The notes beneath the pieces are model-generated. The model saw nothing but the letters and a program-made list of their open reading frames with translations, searched no databases and was not told the origin of the DNA. Shown here piece after piece: positions 1-7,223 of a stretch of DNA of 23,129 nucleotides. Both the position numbers and the translations under genes were made by a program. The stretch's first letter is position 1. Every line of letters starts with the position of its first letter. Source of the stretch: Elusimicrobiota bacterium (GTDB lineage: Bacteria > Elusimicrobiota > Elusimicrobia > F11); NCBI GenBank assembly GCA_046153645.1, contig JBJXGI010000025.1:1-23129 (forward strand), in the 5' to 3' direction.

Positions 1-94
1 TCAAATAGAAGCGGTTTTGGAGAAAATGAGAATGGGGGTGCCTGGCCCTCACCCTAACCCTCTCCCGCAAGCGGGCGAGGGGAAAAGAGATTGA
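1..94 (+). CDS. 3' end of a gene truncated by the window edge; probable DUF559 / very-short-patch-repair-like endonuclease
   Basis: Frame 2 (nt 2-94) reads QIEAVLEKMRMGVPGPHPNPLPQAGEGKRD* (TGA 92-94). IEAVLEK resembles the C-terminal xEGVLExI helix of DUF559 proteins. The PHPNPLP..GEG tail is encoded by the boxC-like repeat. Only 30 codons are visible. Confidence 0.45.
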   Translation, partial: QIEAVLEKMRMGVPGPHPNPLPQAGEGKRD

Positions 95-150
95 TCCTTC
101 TTTTTAAAAAAATGTCCCCTCTCCCTCGGGGAGAGGGTCAGGGTGAGGGG
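46..150. repeat. Inverted pair of boxC-like GC-rich palindromic units (46-82 and 116-150)
   Basis: 46-82 is CCCTCACCCTAACCCTCTCCC-GCAAGC-GGGCGAGGGG. 116-150 is CCCCTCTCCC-TCG-GGGAGAGGGTCAGGGTGAGGGG, which is the same unit in reverse complement. A 33-nt AT-rich spacer separates them. Confidence 0.9.
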
Positions 151-232
151 TTCGTTGCGCGTTTGAAGCACCTGAAAAAATCCTTTTGACGAAGCATCTT
201 GCCTGTTTTTTCATTGGGGCGCCTTTTTTGCC

Positions 233-271
233 TTGAATAGGATGATTATTATGTTATATTAGACTGGTCTA
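233..271 (+). promoter_or_regulatory. Sigma70-type promoter and operator palindrome of TA operon 1
   Basis: TTGAAT (233-238), 16-nt spacer, extended -10 TGnTATATT (252-260). It is followed by TAGAC-tg-GTCTA (260-271), and TGGTCTA recurs just downstream. A GGGGGA SD precedes ATG 299. Confidence 0.6.
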
Positions 272-298
272 CAACTGGTTGGTCTATTTGGGGGATTT

Positions 299-559
299 AT
301 GACGATTTCAATTGGGGCATTTGAAGCCAAAGTTAAATTTAGTGAGCTTTTAGAAAAGGCGGCGGCCGGTGAAACTATTTTTATCACAAAACACGACCGG
401 CTTAAAGCGAAGCTTGTTCCTGCTGAAGATATCTGTGATGAAGATGGGTTAGAAAAAATCATTGAGGCCATGGAGCGGTTTCAAAAAGAAAATGTTCTAA
501 ATAAGCCCGGGCAGGACAATTTGACTCTTCGACAGATGATTGATGAAGGTCGAAAATGA
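299..559 (+). CDS. Type II antitoxin, Phd/YefM (prevent-host-death) family
   Basis: 86 aa. N-terminal motif IGAFEAKVKFSELLEKAAAGETIFITKHDRLKAKLVP. ATGA overlap with the PIN gene. Confidence 0.9.
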   Translation: MTISIGAFEAKVKFSELLEKAAAGETIFITKHDRLKAKLVPAEDICDEDGLEKIIEAMERFQKENVLNKPGQDNLTLRQMIDEGRK

Positions 560-975
560 GAAAACATATTGTTGTTGATTCCTCCCTTGTGCTTTCTTGG
601 TGCTTTCAAGACGAAAATTCTGATATTGCCAATCGTCTGAGGCGAGCCCTTATTAAAGATGTGATTCTTGTTGTTCCTTCACTTTGGTTACTTGAAATAT
701 CTAATGTTCTATTGGTTTCAGAAAGAAAGGGACGTATTTCTGAAGAAAAATCTCTCCAGTTTTTATCTTTTCTAAAAGAACTTCCGATCAATTTTGAAAT
801 TGAGGATATGGATCATGCTTTTTCCTCTGTTATTGGCTTTGCTAGAAAAGAAGGTTTATCAAGTTATAATGCCGCTTACCTTGAGCTCGCAGTTCGAAAG
901 GGGCTTCCGATTGCTACTTTAGATCAACAGATTCAAAAAGCCGCAACCAAGCTAGGTGTTGCGTTATTTTCTTAG
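556..975 (+). CDS. vapC: VapC-family PIN-domain toxin (third catalytic Asp replaced by Asn)
   Basis: VVDSS (D8), LLEISN (E47), LSSYNAAYLELA (N105 at the usual YDA position), ATLD (D123). Coupled to the upstream antitoxin. Confidence 0.9.
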   Translation: MRKHIVVDSSLVLSWCFQDENSDIANRLRRALIKDVILVVPSLWLLEISNVLLVSERKGRISEEKSLQFLSFLKELPINFEIEDMDHAFSSVIGFARKEGLSSYNAAYLELAVRKGLPIATLDQQIQKAATKLGVALFS

Positions 976-987
976 TAAAGTCTCTCT

Positions 988-1473
988 GTGGAAATTTATT
1001 TAATGCGGCACGCGGAAGCGGTGCCAGAATTTACTTGGGATGGGCCTGATAGTACTCGGCCTTTATCTAAACAGGGGAAAAAAGCGCTTATGGCTGCGGT
1101 TTCTTCTTTTGTAAAAGCAAACTTCCAACCTAAATGCATCGTTTACAGCACTCATGTTCGAACCACACAAACAGCTGAAATAATGAAGGGTATCGTTCCG
1201 GGAGTGTCTGTGTTTGCTCATTCAGAAATTGCCTCTGGAGCCCGAGTAGATAAATTTATTCAACTTATGCAGCAGTATAAATTAATGGCGCCCATTTTAT
1301 TTGTTGGTCATATGCCAGATGTGGCGATGGCAGCTGCTCGTCTCATTCCTGATCCCTATTTACTTGAAAAACGTTTTGAACCAGCCGAAATCATGGCTGT
1401 TAAGATCACGAACTGGGAAAACCCCTTAATGATGGGACAATTCTTATGGTCAAAAACCCTCAATCAATGGTAA
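988..1473 (+). CDS. sixA: Phosphohistidine phosphatase SixA (histidine phosphatase superfamily)
   Basis: GTG start. Motifs YLMRHAEA, RPLSKQG, S..VRT.QTAE and LFVGHMP. Confidence 0.88.
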   Translation: MEIYLMRHAEAVPEFTWDGPDSTRPLSKQGKKALMAAVSSFVKANFQPKCIVYSTHVRTTQTAEIMKGIVPGVSVFAHSEIASGARVDKFIQLMQQYKLMAPILFVGHMPDVAMAAARLIPDPYLLEKRFEPAEIMAVKITNWENPLMMGQFLWSKTLNQW

Positions 1474-2273
1474 GAGACTCGGTACCGGTTCTGAAGTGGA
1501 CACCTTTCAAAACCGATACCACTCTTAAAAACCAGTCCCCTCTCCCTTTGGGAGAGGGTCAGGGTGAGGGAAGAAGTGGGTGGGGAGCCCTCCTCACCCT
1601 AACCCTCTCCTCCCACTGTCGTGGGAGGAGAGGGGAAAGGAAAGATTCGCTTGTGTTTCAGGTGCTTATTTCCATCTTATTCATTTCATTTTTTCATCTT
1701 GTTTCTTTTTCGCAGGAAAACTCTCCGGCAGTTCAAACTCCTGGTCTTTTTGGGATGCCGGTGGGTTATGTTGTTGAGGGGAAAAGAAATGTTTTTATCT
1801 TGCGCGCTAAAAGTAAATTAGAGGCTTATAAAGGAGTCGCGGTTCATTGGGGCGACCAAATTATGACGGATTCAGCTTCTACTTGTCTCGTTGAATTTCC
1901 AAAACAGAAGGTAAAAATAAGACTGGGGCCTCATTCTCACTATGTCATTCCCGCATTTACTAAAAATACGCAGGTTCATAATTTAGAAGGAGGACTTCTT
2001 TGGATTTATAGAGAAGCTTCTCCACATCTATGGAGAATAAACACAAAATCTGCCATGCTTAGTTTTGGCGGAACAGATTTATTTTTAAAAAAAAGTAATG
2101 AAGATATTCAAATTGCTGTTCGAGCGGGTGATGTTTTGGTAAAAACAATGAACTTTGAGACAAGGTTGAAACCTTTTGCTTTATTTTCATACAAAGACAG
2201 TCAAATCCCCAGTATTCAAGGTTTAAGTAAAGACGATTTTCTCGATTGGGAGGAACCCTTTGAAAAATTCTGA
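1467..2273 (+). CDS. Secreted FecR-domain-like protein; start uncertain (ATG 1446, ATG 1467 or GTG 1653)
   Basis: Signal/TM segment VFQVLISILFISFFHLVSFS. FecR-like beta motifs GDQIMT, IRLGPHS, LEGGLLW, INTKSA..FGGTDL and IAVRAGDV. ATG 1467 overlaps the sixA stop. Confidence 0.65.
   Translation: MVRDSVPVLKWTPFKTDTTLKNQSPLPLGEGQGEGRSGWGALLTLTLSSHCRGRRGERKDSLVFQVLISILFISFFHLVSFSQENSPAVQTPGLFGMPVGYVVEGKRNVFILRAKSKLEAYKGVAVHWGDQIMTDSASTCLVEFPKQKVKIRLGPHSHYVIPAFTKNTQVHNLEGGLLWIYREASPHLWRINTKSAMLSFGGTDLFLKKSNEDIQIAVRAGDVLVKTMNFETRLKPFALFSYKDSQIPSIQGLSKDDFLDWEEPFEKF
1536..1636. repeat. 101-bp boxC-like composite palindrome (MITE/REPIN-like), copy A
   Basis: 10-bp terminal inverted repeat TCCCCTCTCC...GGAGAGGGGA. 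Hairpin 1 is CCCTCTCCC-ttt-GGGAGAGGG. Hairpin 2 is CCCTCTCCTCCCAC-tgtc-GTGGGAGGAGAGGG. 96/101 identical to 3047-3147, and about 64% GC by manual count. Confidence 0.93.
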
Positions 2274-3027
2274 ATCATTAATTCCCTCAGAAGCCTTAGA
2301 AGGATTAATGAAAAAAGCTTTTATAGAAAATGCCGCTCCTCCAGGGCTTTTTTGGGATGCGCTTATAAAAGCAAAACTATTTGTCCCTATTGATTCAAAA
2401 GAAAAAATTCAGCATAACGACGATTTGCCAGATCGATTGCCGATGCGCTTAGGTTTAGATTCCAAAGGACAATATATTGCTTGGGCGTTTACATCTCCTC
2501 AGGCGATGGTTAGTTATACTGAAAGCGATATGACTTTTCTTGGGATGCCGGCACAACTGTTATTAAAACGATTGCAATTCTTGGAATTTGACATGGTCTT
2601 GATTGGACCAGAAGGGTTAACTTTGGGTCTTGATTCTAAGTTGGTTGATAACTTGATTAAAGGTGAAGTTCCAGAAGCGCCTATTAGTGAAATTCGCAAT
2701 ATTCCTCAGGACGCTCAAATGTTGGTAGGGGCGCCAACAATTTCAACAGAAATGTTAGAAAAAAAATTGCTCACCCTTTTTTTGGAGTTGAAAGAAGTTG
2801 TTGCGGCGAGTTTTCTACAAATTCAAGATGATAAAGGGGATCGGTTGCTTTTGGGTTTAACTCTCTCAGATGAAAGTAAAGATGATTTACGCCGTGTTGC
2901 TTCTTATGTTGCTGGCGCCGCTGAAGGGGTCCTCGAAAAAGGGAACAGTATTGATATCACGCTTATCAATGGTTCTCTTAAAGCCGCCTTTGAGAAGTAT
3001 GGTAAGAATTTTTTTAAAAGAGATTAA
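2260..3027 (+). CDS. SseB family protein (SseB N- and C-terminal domains)
   Basis: Motifs FWDALIKAKLFVP and AWAFTSPQAM, then a C-terminal domain MLVGAP...EVVAASFLQ...LLLGL...SIDITL. The TTG start overlaps the upstream ORF. Confidence 0.7.
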   Translation: MKNSESLIPSEALEGLMKKAFIENAAPPGLFWDALIKAKLFVPIDSKEKIQHNDDLPDRLPMRLGLDSKGQYIAWAFTSPQAMVSYTESDMTFLGMPAQLLLKRLQFLEFDMVLIGPEGLTLGLDSKLVDNLIKGEVPEAPISEIRNIPQDAQMLVGAPTISTEMLEKKLLTLFLELKEVVAASFLQIQDDKGDRLLLGLTLSDESKDDLRRVASYVAGAAEGVLEKGNSIDITLINGSLKAAFEKYGKNFFKRD

Positions 3028-3046
3028 TTTGCAAGAAACAAGAGAA

Positions 3047-3147
3047 TCCCCTCTCCCTGAGGGAGAGGGTCAGGGTGAGGGAAGAAGTGTGCGGGGAGCC
3101 CTCCTCACCCTACCCCTCTCCTCCCACTGTCGTGGGAGGAGAGGGGA
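3047..3147. repeat. 101-bp boxC-like composite palindrome, copy B
   Basis: Same architecture as 1536-1636 with 5 substitutions. It ends 1 nt before ATG 3149. Confidence 0.93.
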
Positions 3148-3148
3148 T

Positions 3149-4666
3149 ATGAAACGGAGAATATTTTTTGGCTTATTGAGTTCTCTGTTGTTTTTTTTCT
3201 CATTTTTCATTCCTTGTTTTGCACATGCCAATCCCTTTGAAACGATCGTTAAGAAAGTTGAAAAAATAACTCTCAAAAATGGGATGCGAGTCCTTTTGGT
3301 TGAACGCCCTGATTCTCCCTCAATTTCATTTACCACTTATATTCGCACGGGTGGTGTGGATGATGAAATGGGGTTCTCGGGTCTCGCGCATATGTTTGAA
3401 CATATGTTATTTAAAGGAACCAAAACGATTGGAACGCGCGATTATCAAAAAGAAAAAAAGATTTTAGATGCAATGGATCTTGTTCAAGAAAAAATCCTTT
3501 TAGAGAAATCTCAAAAAGTACCCAACCAACAAATACTGGCGCAATATTCTGCAGAATTTAAGAAGTTAGAAGAGGCACACGAAAGTGTGTTGATTCGTCA
3601 AGAATTTTGGCAGATTTATGAACAAGCTGGCGGTGAAGGTCTTAATGCCAGCACCGGATATGACTTCACTAATTACAGAGTAACTCTTCCAAAAAACCAA
3701 TTAAAACTTTGGATGATTATGGAGTCAGATAGAATTTTAAATCCTGTTCTTCGAGAATTTTACAAAGAGCGCGATGTTATTATGGAAGAGCGCCGTCAAC
3801 GAACGGAGGCTTCTCCTCAAGGAAAATTATGGGAGCAATTTTTGGCCGCGGCCTATATAGCCCATCCCTATGGACGCCCTATTGTTGGGTGGGAAAGCGA
3901 TATTCATCGAATGCTTCGCCGAGACGCCGAACTTTTTTTTAGTAAACACTATGACATTAGTCGATTTGTTCTTGTGATTGTTGGCGGTTTTGAATCAGCC
4001 CAAGTTAAAACTTATTTAAAACAATATTTTGAAACTATTCCTTCGCGCTCTTCTTTACTCAATAATCGTGATCTGATTCCTGTCGAGCCTCCTCAAGAAG
4101 GGGAGCGAAGGGCCAAAGTGTTTTATGACGCGGAGCCTTCTGTTCTCATCGGTTTTCATGTCCCTTCAATAGGACATGCCGATGCAGCACCTCTTTATAT
4201 TCTTGGCGAATTATTTGATCAAGGAAGATTTTCTCTCTTTTATAGAAATCTAGTGGAAAAAAAGAAGGTGGCTGCTTCTGTTTGGGCGGGTTCTACAGCT
4301 CCTGGTGACCGGTATCCGAGCCTCTTCACGATTGGTGGATCTCCTCGATTTCCCTATACCAATGCGGATTTAGAAAAGGCCATTTATGAAGAGATAGAAA
4401 ATTTAAAGAAAACAGGCGCCTCTTTGGCTGACCTGAATCGAGTTAAAAACAATATTGAAGCTTCATTGGTTCGTGATTTGGTTTCTGATTCCGGGTTGGC
4501 TGATAATCTTGGTATTTTTGAGTGTTTAGCGGAGGATTGGAACACTTTGTTCCACTTCATTAATAAATTACGTGAAGTCACACCGCAGGACGTTAGTCGT
4601 GTTCTTTCGACCTATTTAATTGAGAAAAATAGAACGGTGGCCACTTTGGAGAGGGAGAAGAAATGA
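3149..4666 (+). CDS. M16 (pitrilysin/insulinase-like) zinc peptidase, catalytic subunit, secreted
   Basis: Inverted zinc motif HMFEH (GLAHMFEHMLFKGT), plus NASTGYDFTNY, ERDVIMEE and HPYGRPIVG. Signal peptide MKRRIFFGLL...FAHA starts from ATG 3149. Confidence 0.92.
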   Translation: MKRRIFFGLLSSLLFFFSFFIPCFAHANPFETIVKKVEKITLKNGMRVLLVERPDSPSISFTTYIRTGGVDDEMGFSGLAHMFEHMLFKGTKTIGTRDYQKEKKILDAMDLVQEKILLEKSQKVPNQQILAQYSAEFKKLEEAHESVLIRQEFWQIYEQAGGEGLNASTGYDFTNYRVTLPKNQLKLWMIMESDRILNPVLREFYKERDVIMEERRQRTEASPQGKLWEQFLAAAYIAHPYGRPIVGWESDIHRMLRRDAELFFSKHYDISRFVLVIVGGFESAQVKTYLKQYFETIPSRSSLLNNRDLIPVEPPQEGERRAKVFYDAEPSVLIGFHVPSIGHADAAPLYILGELFDQGRFSLFYRNLVEKKKVAASVWAGSTAPGDRYPSLFTIGGSPRFPYTNADLEKAIYEEIENLKKTGASLADLNRVKNNIEASLVRDLVSDSGLADNLGIFECLAEDWNTLFHFINKLREVTPQDVSRVLSTYLIEKNRTVATLEREKK

Positions 4667-6063
4667 AGATTGTTTTGTTTGCCATTTTATCGCTGGTTCT
4701 TCCTTCTTTTATTATCGGGGCTCCTCCAAAGGTTGATATTCCTGCTCTTGATTACATTCCACCTCAGCCGGAGAGAGTTTTATTGTCGAATGGTGCGGTG
4801 GTTTACTTAAGAGAAAACCATGATCTTCCTGTTTTTAATTTATCTCTTTCAATTCGGACAAGCCCCGCGGATCAACCTGATAAGGTTCCTGATGCTTTTG
4901 TTTTTTTGGGAGACTTATGGCGATCGGGCGGAACAAAAAATAAAACGCCCGATAAATTAAATGAGGCGTTGGAATCTCAGGCGATATCAATTGAGATGGG
5001 GGTTGATTTTGAATCGATGAATATCGGCTTGTCTTGCCTCACTGATAAGGAAGAATTAGGGCTCCAATTTTTAAAAGAAATTTTATTTGAACCTGCTTTT
5101 GAGAGAAAACAATTAGAGTTGTCAAAGTTAAAGTCACTGGAAGGACTTAAAATAAAAAACGACCAATTAACGGGCATTGGTCGAAGAGCTATACGTGATT
5201 TAATGTATGGGAAAAACCATCCATTTGCTCATTCGGCTACAGCGGAATCTATCGCACGAGTGCAAAGATCTCATTTGATTGATCTTCATAAGAAAATTCT
5301 TTCCCCGGAAAATACAATTATTTCTGTGAGTGGTGACTTTGATTCGAAGTCTATTGTTTTAGAACTTGAAAAGATTTTTTCTCAATGGAAAAAAACAAGT
5401 CGAGTTGTTCCTGTGGTTAATTTGGCTCCAAAACCTGAAAATTTAGGGCCGATTGTTTTTGTTCAAAAAGATGTTCCTCAGTCTTGGGTGTTAATGGTTC
5501 GAATGGGAATTTTTAGGAATGATCCTGACCGATTTGCATTAGAAGTGGCAAATCAAATTCTTGGTGGAGGCGGCGCTTCACGTTTGTTTACGGAGGTCAG
5601 GTCCCGTCTTGGTTTAACTTATGGGATCTATAGTTTTTTTACTGAACCTCAATGTCAAGGCGTTGTGGGGATTGGAGCGCAAACGGCTTCCGGAACAACA
5701 ATTGATCTTATTAAAGCAACGCAAAAAGAGGTCAACAACTTTCTTTCCAATGACATTGATTCGTTTGAGTTAAACCGTGCGAAAGATAGTTTGATTAATG
5801 CATTTTCAACTCGTTTTGAGACTTCCGGAGATATTGTTGGGCAATGGGCTTCATTGGAAATCTTAAAGTTAGACCCAGATTTTCTGAAAACTTACACTCA
5901 AAAAATAAGAGCTGTCACCAAAGATGAGGTGAAGAGGGTTTCTCAGAAATACTTTTTAATTGAAGGATCTCAGCTTTTGGTTGTCGGAGATAAAAATAAA
6001 TTTAAAGGATCGCTGGAAGAATTGGGAAAAGTAACAGATTTGCCATTAGAAAAAATTGATTAA
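4663..6063 (+). CDS. M16 peptidase partner subunit (non-catalytic, R/Y pair)
   Basis: M16 motifs LSNGAVV and ILGGGGASRLFTEVRSRLGLTYG. Lacks HXXEH. Has a signal peptide and an ATGA overlap with the catalytic subunit. Confidence 0.9.
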   Translation: MKIVLFAILSLVLPSFIIGAPPKVDIPALDYIPPQPERVLLSNGAVVYLRENHDLPVFNLSLSIRTSPADQPDKVPDAFVFLGDLWRSGGTKNKTPDKLNEALESQAISIEMGVDFESMNIGLSCLTDKEELGLQFLKEILFEPAFERKQLELSKLKSLEGLKIKNDQLTGIGRRAIRDLMYGKNHPFAHSATAESIARVQRSHLIDLHKKILSPENTIISVSGDFDSKSIVLELEKIFSQWKKTSRVVPVVNLAPKPENLGPIVFVQKDVPQSWVLMVRMGIFRNDPDRFALEVANQILGGGGASRLFTEVRSRLGLTYGIYSFFTEPQCQGVVGIGAQTASGTTIDLIKATQKEVNNFLSNDIDSFELNRAKDSLINAFSTRFETSGDIVGQWASLEILKLDPDFLKTYTQKIRAVTKDEVKRVSQKYFLIEGSQLLVVGDKNKFKGSLEELGKVTDLPLEKID

Positions 6064-6699
6064 TTATTTAATGCGGGAGCGAAGGATCATTCCTATTGCG
6101 CCCAGAATGGCTGACCATATCCCACTTTTGATAAGCATAGGAATGTGTTGTGGGCCGATCATGGGAATATTAAGTTTAGGGATAAAGGGTGCTAATAAAA
6201 TAATTCCCAGCCCCGAAACAATGTTGCAAATAGAGAAAAAGAATAAGAATTTTGATAGTCCGCTTGACGCTTTGGCTTCAGTGACATTAACTTTGTCTGG
6301 AATGAGTGCCATTGAAATAGCAATGATTGTTTTTTTGGCTTTTTCCAAGTTCGTATTATTAGGGTTTTCTTCAATCCATTGAGAATATTCTTCAAGTAAC
6401 TCGTCGAGTCGATTTAATTTTTGTGCTGTGCTAATATATTTTTGATGGGCTTCATCATGACTCAAATTTAACCGGGAGGCTTGTCTGAACGCCTCAAAAG
6501 AGTGTTTGTAAAAGAGAGGATCTGTTTTGGCTTTGTCCCAACACATACGCCCAATTTCAAGTTGGGCTTCAAATAGTTTGGGGTTCATGAGGGCGGCCCT
6601 TCTGAATTCGGTCAGGGCGGCGTCCCATTGGTGGGAGGCTTTAAGCTCTATGGCTTTAGTTAAGTGGGCTTGAGCGGATGCGGTTTCATTATTTTCCAT
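6064..6699 (-). CDS. TPR-repeat protein with two C-terminal transmembrane helices
   Basis: TPR-like helices (AALTEFRRAALMNPKLFEAQLEIG; AFRQASRLNLSHDEAH). Two hydrophobic segments lie near the C-terminus. The ORF fills the gap between + strand genes exactly. Confidence 0.72.
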   Translation of the reverse strand: MENNETASAQAHLTKAIELKASHQWDAALTEFRRAALMNPKLFEAQLEIGRMCWDKAKTDPLFYKHSFEAFRQASRLNLSHDEAHQKYISTAQKLNRLDELLEEYSQWIEENPNNTNLEKAKKTIIAISMALIPDKVNVTEAKASSGLSKFLFFFSICNIVSGLGIILLAPFIPKLNIPMIGPQHIPMLIKSGIWSAILGAIGMILRSRIK

Positions 6700-6745
6700 T
6701 TGATATTCTTAATTTTGAAGTAAATTGCTATTGAAGTCAAGGTCT

Positions 6746-7213
6746 ATGAAAATTTCTCTTATTAATATTGTGTTAATTGATCCTGAAATTCCAGGAAACA
6801 CCGGAAATGTAGGGCGGACTTGTATTGGCTTAGACGCCACCCTTCATTTGGTAGGAAAAATCGGATTTTCTTTGGAAGATAAATACTTAAAACGGGCAGG
6901 GCTCGATTATTGGCCTAAAATAAAACTCGAAGTTCATTCTAAATGGGAGGATTTTTTGGCACAGGTCCCACAAGGAACACAGATGCATTTTTTTTCCACT
7001 CATGGGACGGTACCCTTTTGGGATAAAAAGTTTGCCCCTCCGGTTTTTTTGATTTTTGGCTCTGAGGGGCATGGGTTTCCAAAGAATTTTTATGAAACAT
7101 ACAAAAGTGATTTGGTTAAAATTCCAGTGACGGAAAATATTCGATCACTTAATTTGGCCACGGCCGTCGGTGCGGCGGCCTTTGAAGCCGCTCGACAATT
7201 AAAATTTCATTAG
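6746..7213 (+). CDS. trmL: tRNA (cytidine/uridine(34)-2'-O)-methyltransferase, SPOUT family
   Basis: Motifs PEIPGNTGNVGRTC, LKRAGLDYW, FGSEGHG and IRSLNLA. ATG 6746 is preferred over TTG 6725. Confidence 0.95.
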   Translation: MKISLINIVLIDPEIPGNTGNVGRTCIGLDATLHLVGKIGFSLEDKYLKRAGLDYWPKIKLEVHSKWEDFLAQVPQGTQMHFFSTHGTVPFWDKKFAPPVFLIFGSEGHGFPKNFYETYKSDLVKIPVTENIRSLNLATAVGAAAFEAARQLKFH

Positions 7214-7223
7214 AAGGGTATTT

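Noticed and set aside
46..66. CCCTAACCCT as eukaryotic telomeric contamination
   Set aside because: Only isolated degenerate units occur, inside a palindrome in clearly bacterial operon context.
190..230. Possible terminator (GGCGCC followed by T6) before the TA promoter
   Set aside because: No convincing stem-loop can be formed.
2870..3028. ORF-track N-terminal extension of the M16 peptidase from ATG 2870
   Set aside because: It overlaps the SseB gene by 158 nt in another frame and would bury the signal peptide that begins at ATG 3149.
46..3147. Repeats as a CRISPR array or an IS element
   Set aside because: Copies are about 1.5 kb apart, with no regular spacers, no cas or DDE transposase gene and no target-site duplication.
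6056..6382. 108-aa hydrophobic + strand ORF
   Set aside because: It is the antisense shadow of the TPR/TM gene and has no recognisable motif.
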